From NCBI GenBank assembly GCA_973895155.1, contig OZ316893.1, positions 17,304,770 through 17,368,769 on the forward strand: DNA of 64,000 bases. Reading direction: 5' to 3'. Source of the DNA: Marsupella aquatica (lineage: Eukaryota; Plantae; Marchantiophyta). Position 1 is the first letter of the stretch. Each line of letters begins with the position of its first letter. Of this stretch, positions 20,500 through 32,762 are shown piece after piece. Position numbers and translations under genes: made by a program. The notes beneath the pieces were generated by a model that searched no databases, was not told the origin of the DNA, and was given only the letters and a program-made list of their open reading frames with translations.

Positions 20500-22854
20500 G
20501 TAAATTACATGTCAATCTTTCTCTAGCATACAGCTTCAAAATCACAACTAGTACGATTTGGGCCATTACTGCTCAAGTATCTATAATTTGAACCATTCTT
20601 AAGCGTAAGCTACGTCACGTAGCAGAAGGGCAGCGTCTCTCTCCTCATATGCAGCTATTCTCTCCGTGATAGCCGAATTTCGCTCCAAGATAGCTGCATC
20701 CCGTGCGGCTATCATTGGCTATCGAGCGAGGCCTGTCCCTATGAGGTCGCGATGTCCTAATTGAATTCTTCTTTCTGCTTTTTTGATCGTCTTCTCTCTA
20801 TTGCTGTCGTCTTGCTCTTCTTATCCTTTTCACCCTGGAGGGGAATGCTGCTTTTCTGTCAGCATAGTGTCGGGAAAGCGTAGTGTCGGGAAAGAAATCA
20901 CAACATCCTGTTACTGCTTCGTCCATTTCGAATGCCTCCAGCGGCAGACTCGAGTAGAACTGGAAGCAAACACAGGAAACAGAGTAGGTTGTCGTACTCC
21001 AATCTGTTGTGCACTCACGACCAGCCGTCAGTGAGCTGGTGCTCGCTAGAAATCTTATCAATCAAAGATGTAGTTTAAGAATAAGATGGCGTCTTGATAT
21101 TCAATTCACCATAGCCGGGATCAATTCTTCCTTGGCCTTTCTCCCAAAGAAAAGTTGCTCGTGCAGCGCTTCAAGCAGCTCTCGCAAAAAAACTTTGGCA
21201 CATTCGAATCACGTCTTTCCCTTCTTTCTTCGTCTTAGAGTGAATCAGTCATGGCCTAAAAAAGTTCAGCCAGTCTTAGGCTCGTGCTGATAACGTGTTG
21301 TGGGAGAAATGAGACAAAGAGTTGGTTCCATCTTTACTCTTGGTAGAATATGTACATGTGGCTACGGCCTAAGTAGTTAGGGTAGTTACATAGGTAGTTA
21401 TCCCAAAGGTAGACTTAACTCAAGTATGAGTTACAACAGATTTAGGATTTTTGGATCCTGTTAGGATCAAAATCCGGATTTTGTAGTAAACCTGGAAATC
21501 CATTTCCGGATTTTGCCTTATAGTCATTTCTGGATCTTCCTTTGTTATTACTTCCGGATTTTGAATGACAGTTACTTTTCTTTCCATGAAAACTGGAAAC
21601 GACACTTTACCTTTTGGGATCTTTCCCCCTTTTCCTCTAGCATCTTAAGTAGATGACAATTACTTTTTTTTCAGTTCTCAGTTTCTGCTGGAAGCATAGA
21701 AGCTCCTCCTCAGGTGCTCTTGTTGAGCCTTGACCTGCTGTGAGTAGAATTGCAGACTCCTTCTCCTGTTGAGAAGTTAATACATAGAAAATTTGACATC
21801 ATACTTGGAAATTGAATTTTGATTTGAATTACTCATGTGAAATCTTGGTAGCATTGAACTCCTGATGTTTCAGTAGTTGAAATGGAATATTTCTTTACCA
21901 TGAGTAATCATCTAAATTTGATTGAGAAGTTATCAATTTGACAATCTAGAACTTTTTGTGTGAGAAGATACCAATTCAAGCATTCTAGTACCGTCGCCAC
22001 TTGTTGACCAGAAAGAATTATTGGTTTGATAACTAGATCTCCATGTCAATTTCTAGTTAATGTTGAATGTTCATTCTAAATTCGGCCATGTTGTGAGCTC
22101 TGTTGCATTTTGAATCTTAAAAATCCAGGATCCTGTTGATCTACTGGAGGGTTGTCATTTTCCATCATCTCTTTGCATAAGCCAATTGAAAAGACATTCC
22201 TACTAGTCATTTTCCATATCTTTCTTTAATTGTTAGTTTTGTGCATTGATTACAATCAATCCTCTGGGGAGAGAACTCCTTGGCAAGGTTATGCCCAATT
22301 AACATCCTATTTGTTCTTTTCAGTACCAATTTGACACTTCTCATTAACTCTTCAAGGGAACAAATTCAAGTCCTCCAATATTAAATTGTTATTTAACATT
22401 GTGACCACTCTACCACACTTGGCCAAATGCATTTATATGAGCTGTGCATGGGATGTTGGCTGCGGATAGTGGCTGCGAGTCCGGGTTAGATACTTGTGAC
22501 GCCAATGACATGGTCCTTATTTTGTAATCTGATTAAGTAGGTTGTTGTATGCAAGGAGTAGCTATTGATATTGCATAACAATTAGCAAGATGGCAAGAAT
22601 AAGGGCAATCATGGCGTTAAGAGTAGGGAAATAAAAGCTATGTCGCGGGTGGTCGGCGACCATATCTCTTTCAATATGTCACCAAATCCGGATTTGTAAA
22701 GAGCATTGGAAAGATCTGGTCAATGCGAGTAAAATCGATATAAAACACTCGGGAAACGGAGGTGTATTAAGGAAGATACGGCCCAATTAGTGTGACGGGT
22801 TAACTTGTGGCCGGAATTAGCGGATTCGATTTCAGTTTCGGGTTAACCCAAGCT

Positions 22855-23335
22855 CGACCACGGCTTAGCTTATGTGAGCACGGCTTCAGCTTAGCTCAGG
22901 TCAGCATAGCTTCAGCTTAGCTCAGGTGAGCACGGCTTCAGCTTAGGCTTAACCCGGGTTTGGATTAGATTGATCCCGGGTTAGACTGAACTCGGGTTAG
23001 CCTAAACATGGGCTCAGGTTAGCATAGGTAAGCTCGGGTTCGGGCTCAGCTTAGCCTAGGTTAGCGGGTAGCGGACACGGATAGCGGGTAGCGGATACAG
23101 ATACGGATAGTGGCTAGCGGATTTAGATTGGGGTTAGACTGAACTCGGGACAACGGACACGGACAACGGATAGCGGACAACGGACACGAATAGCGGACAA
23201 CGGACACGGATAGAGGACACGGACACGGATAGCGGCTTAGCCCAAGGTCACGGGTTAACTCTTCTCAGGTTAGATAGGATAGCTAGGCTAGCCAAACTTG
23301 GGTTAGTTATGTAACTCGGGTTAGCGCAGCAGTGA
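22855..23335. repeat. Compound short tandem repeats within LTR C
   Basis: Repeated GCACGGCTTCAGCTTAGCTCAGGT, CGGGTTAG and (GCGGACA[A]CGGATA)n units. Confidence 0.85.
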
Positions 23336-25791
23336 GTACTCGCAGCGGCTTAGCCTCTCGGTTGCGGGGGCATAACTCTTTGTGTATTTGACCAAATTGG
23401 CTATAATTGACCTCGTTGGAAAGAGGAGCTCAAGCCGCTTCCAACGTTGCTATCCACGCAGCAAATGGTTGAATAGAGAAATCGGGAGAGGAGGCGCAAG
23501 CTCGCAAAAACCATGGAGGAGGGCCAAATCCGAAGTACATAGCCAATTTGAGATAGAAATAAAGCTGCGAGTTAGGGTTCAGTAGTTAGAGATAGTGGCG
23601 GCTCTGTTAGGGCTGGGATGGGGCTCCAGCAGCGTAGCATCCACCCATTTGGGCTCAATGAGAGTATATAGAGCAGCCCCCAGTAGAGGCAAGGGGGAAC
23701 TTCAGTTGTGTGATCCACGTAGACTGAGCAGCAGGGAGGAGCTCTGTGCAAGGAAGGCTGGGCTTGGAAGCTGTGTGTTGGGGAGAGCTTGGTTGTGCTA
23801 TTACTCAGGGAGTAATCAGCCACGCTTCACAGCAACAGTTGGCCAGGTTTGCAAGCTGGATTGTGGCTCTTTCTAGTAGGCAACACAACTGGGTTCTTTT
23901 CCCCCGATACAGAGCCTTGGTGATAGGTGATGTATTGGTGATTGTAAACTGTGGGGAGGATGTCAATTTGATTTGTGGTGAGCACATTAGGGAGGCTGAG
24001 ACACTGATTGAGGGGCAGCAGGAGGAGCATTTACAGTTCAGTCTGGCAAGGCTACGTGATCCATGGGGAGTCCCGGCCTTTGTCTGGTGGAGACCACTAA
24101 GGGATCTATGGCCAGAGCGGAGCTTGCAGGGCAAGCGTGAGGCCGGGCCTCATTGCAGTCTGGTGTAGATCGCCGTTAGGCCTGGTACCAACTTTGAAGT
24201 CGAGTCAACTATGTATGCGTAACTTGACGTTCTGAATTGGAGGTGTGAGATCTGTATGTGCCCCCAAGAATGAAGTGCAGTGAAGGAGGTTGAGTTCAGG
24301 ATTGAGTTTGCAAGGCAAGTACGGGATTGGTTTGAGTCCAATCTGCCGTCGCAATCTGGAGTGAGTCGGGCTCAGGTTCAGGATTGAGCTTGCATGGCAA
24401 CCATAGGGCTTGCGGGGCAAGCACGCCGCAATCTGGAGTAGACAGCCTTCGGGCCTATTGTTCGGATGAAGTGTTCTCAGTGAACTATTGTGCACATCGT
24501 TGAATCTAATTGAGTTTTCCTCTCAGGCCTCATTTCTCTCATGGATGTGTGTGTGTGTGAGGCAATCTGAGTGTATGATGGGACTAGCAGCGCCACTGAG
24601 AGGTGTACAGGGTGCATTGAAGCGGGCTGGGTGAGGACTATCATAGCTCTGATTGCTGAGAGTGGAATGGTAGAGTGGTGGGGCAATGGCTTAGAAGTCC
24701 CTAAGCCGGGAATCAGTCAGGAGTCACTAGTTTATGGGTACATTCCGGCGGCGGAATAGAAACATACCTATGACAGTAAGCATACGTATAGACCTATGCG
24801 CACCGTAGCGCTAGGCCGTGTGTGTACGGGCCCGATATGAAGGCCCCTTCTCACCAGAACTATCATGAGCGCAGATCTGATTCCCAACCTTGGTTCTTAG
24901 GGATTGAGCTTGGGTGATGTGTGACGGAGTCTTGCTATGATAGTCTGGTGTTTAAGGGCATAAACTGGTGTTTACCGGCCTTCACAACATCCCTTCGTGA
25001 TCCTCAGGTACAAGGAGATGGTTTTGGCACCCATAGTGACGGTTTTGGTGTTAAGACCCATGTCAATCGCGTGACAATACTCGTATCATCGGATCCAGAT
25101 CAGAGGCGGATAACACAAAGGCTTAGAAGTCCTTATGTCGGGGTCAATCCAGCTATCGACTTAAAGGTACGTTCCAGCGGCGGAACACAGAGTATACCTA
25201 TGATACATGTGAGAGTAGAATCAGGCGCGGTTAGCCTCAAGTTACAGGAATAAAGTGTTGAACTAAGACGTCATTTGCAACGACCATACAACCATGACTC
25301 ATTCCATGCACACGTAGTCGACACAATCTCTACGTGGTTCACCTCTTCTCCAAGGCTACGTCCACACGAACACTCAAGCTTTACTTCAAGAGTAAACGAA
25401 CACACATGCTCTCCCTCTTCCTCAAGTTGCTCCGTTACAATCAGTAAGCACCACACACCAGCGGCTTACACTAGCCCTGGTATATACAAGGTCACACACG
25501 ACTAACCTAACCTCAGCTAAGATCCTAACTGTGGTTAGCCTAAGTGCCGTAACCTATGAGTCACAAGACTAAGAGCAATCCTTAACAAACTCCCCCTTGA
25601 CTCTAGTCTTGGGGACTGCAATTTCTGCTATCCATATGAGATACTCAGCGGGAAATTCTAGACAATCACCTAAAACCATAGGTGTCCCCCTAAAAACCAT
25701 TTAAGGTTAACTAAGGGTTAACTAGAATTAAGCCGTAGCCATAACAGGATTGAGTAACCCATATACAGAAATTACATATTGTTAAGTTACT

Positions 25792-28700
25792 CTACTTGTG
25801 CTGCAAATGCAAAACTTGCAAAGTAGCACGGTGTCTTGAGTAACTCTCCAAAGGAATCACTTTGGTAAAAGCATCAACCGGGTTGAGCTTTCCATCAATC
25901 TTGACTAGCTCAAACATTTTATCAGACACTGTTTGCCTAATAAAATGGTACCTGATATCAATGTGTTTCACCCTGCTATCCATAACCTGGTTAATAGCTA
26001 GGTGAAGCGCACTTTGGCTGTCACAATGAATAGTCATTTTTCCATGCTCCAATCCCATCTCAGTGACCAGCTTATCCAACCAAATTGCTTCCTTTGCTGC
26101 TTCTGCTGCTGCAACATATTCTACTTCTGTAGTAGACTAAGATACACACTTCTGCAAGGTAGATCTCCAACTTATGCATCCTCTTCCAAGAGTAAACACA
26201 TACCCAGTCGTTGACCTCCTTGTTTCCAGACAGCCTCCGTAGTCAGAATCTACATAGCCAACCAAAGATTTGGTTTTGTTTGATCTACTATCAAACAACA
26301 GACCGTAGTCTATTGTGCCCTTAAGATACTTGAGAATCCATTTCACAGCCTCCAATGTACCTTCCCTGGATTTGACATGAATCTACTCACTTTGCCCATT
26401 GTTAGGGCTAGATCAGGCCTGGTACATATCATCAAATACATTAGACTGCCCAATGCCTTCTCATAAGGAACCTTAGTCATCAAGCCTCTCTCCACTGGAT
26501 CCGTGGGGCAGAAAGCCGATGATAACTTGAAATGTGGAGCCAAAGGAATACTTATTGGCTTACAATTTTCCATGTTGAATCTTGCAAGTACCTTTTTAGC
26601 ATACTTGCCTTGATTCAGCCACAATTGTCCAGTTTCAAAGTTCCTCGTAATCTCCATACCTAAGATCCTCTTGGCTTTCCCAAGATCTTTCATTCGGAAT
26701 TCAGAACTCAATTTTGCTTCGAGTTTGTCAACCTCAGTTTGATCCTTAGCCGCAATCAACATGTCATCCACATAGAGCACCAGAATGAGCAAACTAAATA
26801 CACCATTCTTGACTGATTCGTATACACACAAGGGTCATACACCATCCTAGTGAATCCTTGTGCAAGCATGAAATCATCAAACCGCTTGTTCCACTGTCGA
26901 GGAGCTTGCTTCAATCCATACAAGGACTTAAGCAACCTGCAAACTAAACTCTCTTGGCCCTTCTTCACAAAGCCCAGTGGTTGCCTCATGAAAATTTGTT
27001 CTTCCAAGGTGCCATAGAGAAAAGCAGTAACAACATCCATTTGATCTAACACCAGATCAAAAAACATAACAAGTTGACATAAAATTTGTATCATGGAATA
27101 CTTGGCAACTAGAGAGAAGACCTCATTGTAATCCACTCCCTTCTCTTGAGTGAATCCCTTGGCAACAAGCCTTGCCTTGTATATCTTGTCTCCTCCATCT
27201 GAAGAGTTGTCCTTCAGCTTGTAAATCCACTTGCTATCCACCACTTGTTGATCACTTGGCAGTTGCACCAGCTCCCATGTTCTGTTGTCACTTAAAGATT
27301 GCAACTCCCTCTGCATCGCTGCATTCCATTCATCTTTCTCGTTTGAAATGCACGCCTCATGATAAGAAGAAGGTTCTCCTTCTTCCAAGATCAGTGCTCT
27401 GTCATCATCTTCAGGTGCAATGTCAACATCATCTAACCTTGATGAATCTGTCCATTGTCCATACCTTGTAGGAGCTCGAGTAGTACGTCTTGATTTTCTA
27501 GCTGATGATTCTGGTTGATCTTGTTCTGTTGGTTGAATTTGAGGTATTCCAACAACAACTTGCTCCTCTTGTTCCAATACCGGAACCAGCTCCATTCTCG
27601 GAGCACCTCCTTCATTTATGTCATGAAAACTCTCATGACCAATCTCCCCCACAACATGGTCCAGGATAGGAGATTTACCTTTGTCAGTACGGGAAGCCTG
27701 AGCATTCTCCCCCTCCTTTGATGATCTGGATTCATTAAAGGATACATCTCTGCTGACAAGTAACGTACAAGCTTCTGGATCCCATAGCCTGTAACCTTTC
27801 ACACCTGGTTGATAACCAAGAAAAAGACACTTCTTGGAAGTAGAATCTAGTTTAGATCGATTCTGCTTAGGTGTGAGAGCATATGCATCACTTCCAAAGA
27901 CTCTCAAAACCTGATAGTCTGCGTGCCGTCCATACCTCATTTCAAACGGCGTCTTGAAATTGATTGCACTTGAAGGAGAAAGATTTACCAAATAAGCTAC
28001 CGTATTTATAGCTTCAGTCCAAAATTCATGCGGTAAACCTGATTGGCTCAACATACTCCTCGATCGCTCCAATAGTGTTCGGTTTAGCCGCTCACAAACA
28101 CCATTCTGTTGAGGAGTATAAACTGTCGTGAGATGACGAGTAATCCCTTGCTCTGCACAATATAGTTCAAACTCACTTGAACTGTACTCCCCGCCGTTAT
28201 CTGATCGCATATATCTCACCTTGGATCCAGTCTGATTCTCAATTTGGGCTTTTCACTTCTTAAAAGTGCCAAAAACTTCAGACTTGGCGTGTAGAAATGT
28301 GATCCACACATACCGTGAGTAATCATCAATGAACGTGACATAGTACAATTTTCCAGAAAGTGAGGGAGTTGGGGCTGGACCCCACACATCACTATGTACA
28401 TACTCAAGTATAGTTTTGGTATTGTGAGTTCCAACACCAAAGGTTCTCCTGTGCTGCTTCCCAAGCACACAGTGTTCACAAAAATCTAGCTTAGTAGATT
28501 CCAAATTAGAAAGAAGTCCTTTCCTGCGAAGTACCGCCAAACCCTTTTCACTCATGTGTCCCAATCTGTAGTGCCATAACTGAGTCATCTCGCCTTGAGA
28601 TCTAGTTACATTGGCTTCTTCACAAATCACGTTGCCCTCAAACAAATATAGATTCCTGTGCCGCTTACCCTTCATGACAACCTTGCCTCCAGTTGACACT

Positions 28701-28820
28701 TGAAGAATACCATCAGCAGAACTCCACCGACATCCATTTGCTTCCAGCATTCCAAGAGAAATCAAGTTCTTTTTCATGTCAGGTATGTGTTTGACATTAC
28801 TCACTGTTCGCACAGTTCCG
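25792..28820 (-). pseudogene. Copia pol (protease C-terminus, INT, RT, RNase H) with frameshifts and stops
   Basis: KKNLISLG, LWHYRLGHMSEKG, HSDVWGP, RSDNGGEY, YKARLVAKGFTQ, LYGLKQAPRQW, LYVDDML, GYVDSDY, KHIDIRYHF. Confidence 0.93.
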
Positions 28821-29695
28821 ACGAAAAACTTTTTCACGTTTCGGTCGGGGTGGATAAAACTCAAAAATTCTTCCCCGTTTTGACCACCTTGGGGAATAAG
28901 AAAAATTCCAAGTACCACCCGTTGTCGGAAATTCAAATCGAGTGGTGCACCGCGTTGCTAGATTCATTGGCTACGTTCTCGCCAAAAAAATCCGAAAAAA
29001 GTTACTGTTCGGACCTTAGAATCTTCGACTAAAGGCCGAAAAACAGCTCTCTGTTTTTTTTGGAATATTCCTTGGACTGTGCAACAGGTCTCACAGGGGG
29101 CCGTTCCCCCTGTCCAAGCGGTTAATTTGGTGACCCACCGGGCCCGGGATGCCGCTTAACCAATGAGGAGCCTGGAAAGGATTAAAAAACCGGGCCTAAG
29201 GGGGTTTAAGCCCCTTAACACAAAAATAATGTCTTAAAAAAGGCGCATCCGCGTCTAGGCGACGCGTGATGGGCCAGGCAGTGCACAGGGGGCCGGGGAG
29301 TAAAAAAAGCAAGTCGGAATGGGCAGGGATGGACCTACGACGGCCGAGACTTCTGGGACGTCCGGGACGGCTGCGACGGTCGGGACGTCTGGGATATCCG
29401 CGCCGGATGCAACGTCCGCGCCGGCTGCGATGGCCGCGACGTCTGGGACGGCCACAACGGTCGGGACGTCCGCGCCGGCCGTGACATCCGCGCCGGCCGC
29501 GACATCCGCGATGGGAGTATTAGCGAGGAGGAGGAGGGGGTCGCCGACGGGGTATTGACAGGGGTGCAAGGGTCGAGAGGGTGTGTATACACACCACAAA
29601 AAAGGCCCTATTCTAAGGCAAAATATGCACAAAAAATAAATTTGTTGGGTTACTCACACTGCCATTATCACTTTACACCAGATAAAGACTAGTTG
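28821..29695. other. Foreign GC-rich segment replacing gag and the protease N-terminus
   Basis: The pol frame ends abruptly at GTVRTV. The segment has GGGACGTCC/GCGCCGGC 9- and 18-bp repeats (29330-29510) and no Copia similarity. Confidence 0.6.
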
Positions 29696-30820
29696 TCGAC
29701 GGGAAATGTTACCGAATTGCACCGGCACCGTTTGCAACTCTAGCAGAGTAAAAAATTCCCATCACGACTCCTTCACTCCGCGTCAAGTGTCAATCTTGGA
29801 CTCAAAACGATCACTGCACCACGATCTCTATGTTGAGCCGTTGCACTTCCCGTTTCTTCCTCCGAGTCGAATGCAATGACAAGTAACCCCGCTTCAGTCA
29901 AAAGAAGACTCCATAGCCAGTCAGAAACTCAGAATGGCTCTTTTGCTTGGTACATCGCACTCACTACACCCTCGATAGCAAACCAGCTACCGAAAATGAT
30001 CAGCTTTGCCCGATCTACGATTTGAGCTAAAGGTTGTGACGCCTCGCGCACCACAAAGCTCACACCATCGAGAAAACGATCTCAGTTCCCCCCCAAAAGA
30101 ACCGTCAAAGAAAACCGTCGAACACGAATCACAAAAAATCCAGAACGACGGAAATGCGAATTCCTCCGCACCACAAACTCCGTTCAGAGATTTCTTTGCA
30201 CCGTCGGAAAGCCCTTGCCCCGATCTATCCGTTGAGCCCAACACCTCCAAGTTCCATGCGACAGAACTCCGTGAAATCCACCAACTCTAACCGCTGGAAA
30301 AACCGTCACCAACACGTCACAAATTTTTTGATCACCTCAACGTCACCTCCCAGGCTTGCTCTGATACCAATTGTTGAACTAAGACGTCATTCACAACGAC
30401 CATACAACCATGACTCATTGCATGCACACGTAGTCGACACAATCTCTATGTGGTTCACCTCTTCTCCAAGGCTATGTCCACACGAACACTCAAGCTTTAC
30501 TTCAAGAGTAATCGAACACACATGCTCTCCCTCTTCCTTAAGGTGCTCCGTTACAATCAGTAAGCACCACACACCAGCGGCTTACACTAGCCCTGGTATA
30601 TACAAGGTCACACACGACTAACCTAACCTCAGCTAAGATCCTAACTGTGGTTAGCCTAAGTGCCGTAACCTATGAGTCACAAGACTAAGAGCAATCCTTA
30701 ACATAAAGTACCGTTTGCACATCCCTCCTTGCCCGAAACCTCAATACTAATGGAGTTTATGGCCGCCTAAGCCAAAATCCGCGTAAGGACGACTCTTTTG
30801 GTGTGACATAGCCTTTGTTT

Positions 30821-30838
30821 TGGCGCTAGATGGAGGGG
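30821..30838 (+). other. Primer-binding-site-like motif of a non-chromovirus Gypsy element
   Basis: TGGCGCTAGATGGAGGGG lies between the LTR C end and gag. It resembles the TGGCGCTAGAAGGAGGG motif I recall from Tat-type elements. Confidence 0.55.
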
Positions 30839-30934
30839 GTACCTTGAGTTGTAGTAAGAGTGGAGACATGTGCGTATGTACGTTATCACGGGACCCTGGG
30901 CCCCAGTGAGTCTTTAACTATTACATAAGAGTAG

Positions 30935-32762
30935 ATGCTCGTCACTCATTCTCAAGCAGCATACCTAAGGAGATTGACAAGCAAACAAGAAAGTGCGTCA
31001 ATAACAAGCTCAAAATCTTCAAACTTTGAGGGTTCACAATCACCACGACGGATGAATGTTCCACCGGGACCATCGGGTTCCAGTTTAGCAGAACCTGCCT
31101 CGGGCCGGGTTGCACCCCTGCCCGTGCCACCTCCGCCACCAGCACCCATGGCGGTAGCTCCTTTGGCTGTAGCTCATGCAGCCCCAACTCCTCCTCAAGT
31201 ATCACAATGATCAAGGTTTCATTACCGACCATTCAAAGGACGTCATGGGGACAATCTAGACAAATGGTTGGATGAATTTGAGGCCACCGCCAAAGCTAAT
31301 GGGGAAGATGCCATTAAATTGATAGTTCTTCCGAGAGTAATGCAAGGATAAGCTTGCCCATGGTACAACTCATTGCAACCCAGAATCACGTGGCCACAAT
31401 TCTAGGCAGCATTGTTGCAAGAGTTTTGTGCCATTGGAGCAGAGTCGCTCCTTGTTGAAGATTGGCCATCTTCAAATGGGGAAGGAGTCCTTGCAAAAAT
31501 TCATTCAGGAGTTCTAGAAACTTACATCCAAGATTTGACCCAAGCCTGGGCGATGCTCTCCAGCTTACTTGGTTTTTGCATGGGTTGCCCAGGGATATGC
31601 AATTCTGGGTTCAACAGAATAACCCAGTTTCAATGCAAGCAGCCATAGCATGTGCCAAAACATACAGGGAGTCCACCTATAAATCTCGACGAAGCCAATG
31701 AGCACGACGTAGGAAGAGCAAGTACCAGACCTTCAATGACACTAATTTTGAATCAGATGATGAGAAGAAAAAGAAGCGGGAGAAAAAGAAGAAGCATTGG
31801 TCAACTTTGTCCAGCTCGAAGATAGGATCTAGTTTGGACTCAACTTCATCTAGCAGCTCCTCCACAGCAAGCTCATCGAGTAGTGATTCGGAGAGCAAGT
31901 CCTAGGGCAAGAAGAAGAAATAGCGCTCTAAGAAAGAGGAGAAAGTCAAGCCTCGCGATCGCAGAACTATACTGGATCCCAAGGCTGCTAAAGCAGATAA
32001 ACTGAATGAGATCACCGATCACCTTAAAGCATTGTTGGTGCATCTTGCGAAAAGCCCGTGGAGAAGAAGAAGCCATCAAAAACCCGAGCACATGCATGGT
32101 ACTCTAAGTGCTTCCAATTCGGGCATATCGTGTAGGAATGCCCAAGGTGGAAGAATCAAGTCCATCAAGTGGAGTTGGATGATGTCGATAGTCCAGGCCC
32201 GAAGCCGGAGTCCACTGAGTACTTCTTCGAGGACTCCCTAGACTCCGTGTATCAGATCTCCATGGTGGGTCCTCGGAATTTGGCAAGAAAGACAGCTTAC
32301 CCATACCCTAATGGTGGTCAAGGATTACAAGTTATAAGTAACCCGAGCATTCCTTCAAAACCAGGGATTTGGCAATCCTTGATTTGTTACAACTGTGAAA
32401 AGCCTCGTCACTTTGCAAGGAAATGCACCGAACAAAGATGGCAAGGAGATGGCAGAGGCATGCCGTTGTGCCAAGTGTATAAGATGGAAGCTCATTCTAC
32501 GAGTAATTGCCCATTGGTAATAGCAGCCCGCGCAAATGCGGCCCGACCAGCACAAGTAGGACCAGCTCTAAGCGATGTGGTCGTACAAATGATAGTCATG
32601 GAATGGCAAGCTGGCACAACCAAATTGTCAACTTGGTCAACGTAACAGAACACCCTAATCCTTCCAATGAAGCCAAATGCTATCAAGTATCAACCAGGTC
32701 TAAACGGAAACAAGAGAAGCAAGAAGAAAAACGCCGTAAGAAGCAAGACACCACACCAATAC
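30935..32762 (+). pseudogene. Ty3/Gypsy gag (decayed)
   Basis: PFKGRHGDNLDKWLDEFEATAKANG...ACPWYNSL...TWPQF*AALLQEF (retrotrans_gag), and knuckles CYNCEKPRHFARKC and CQVYKMEAHSTSNCP. Continues in frame at 46283 after removing solo LTR D (KKQDTTPIL|QIQPT*EIPPK). Confidence 0.85.

Larger units (their letters stand above)
17822..21438 (-). mobile_element. Non-autonomous Bianca-type LTR retrotransposon (3617 bp) carrying a captured ABCG gene fragment
   Basis: 143-bp LTRs at 17822-17964 and 21296-21438, with no differences seen. TSD GATTT. The same PBS as the Bianca Copia lies on the minus strand (21282-21295). PPT at 17965-17973. No gag or pol ORF. Confidence 0.95.
9729..22417 (+). mobile_element. 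Solo LTR B (about 3.2 kb after removing two nested Copia-type elements), carrying a long ORF
   Basis: TGTGA...CCACA termini with TSD CTTGG at 9724-9728 and 22418-22422. The first ~55 bp align with the start of solo LTR E (35251). The last ~70 bp resemble the ends of solo LTRs D and E. Confidence 0.75.
5789..22494 (+). mobile_element. Large Gypsy-type LTR A (about 4 kb after removing nested insertions: 5789-9728 plus 22423-22494)
   Basis: Starts TGTGACGCC, the same start as the LTR at 22495, exactly where the Plavaka frame ends. TATA-like GGGTATAAAAGG at ~6143-6154. Shares blocks with LTR C: GAGTCCCGGCCTT, CACTAAGG, CTTGCAGGGC and CCCC.GTAGAGGCA.GGGG (9395-9540 versus 23675-24150). The right end is unresolved. 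Confidence 0.5.
25256..30703 (-). mobile_element. Ty1/Copia LTR retrotransposon (Tnt1/Tork-like), gag-less and decayed
   Basis: 332-bp LTRs at 25256-25587 and 30372-30703 with about 8 substitutions. TSD TAAAG. tRNA-iMet PBS TGGTATCAGAGC on the minus strand (30358-30369). PPT at ~25590-25598. Confidence 0.96.
22495..30808 (+). mobile_element. Gypsy-type LTR C (~2.86 kb without the nested Copia); probable 5' LTR of the downstream Gypsy
   Basis: TGTGACGCC...GGTGTGACA termini. Internal tandem repeats. TATA-like GTATATAG at ~23663. Followed 12 nt later by PBS-like TGGCGCTAGATGGAGGG and then gag. Confidence 0.6.

Noticed and set aside
21600-22410. Possible minus-strand gag remnant
   Set aside because: Many stops and no gag motif; it lies within the 3' part of solo LTR B.
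29255-29632. Ala/Thr/Pro-rich ORFs on both strands
   Set aside because: By-products of 9/18-bp GC-rich tandem repeats.
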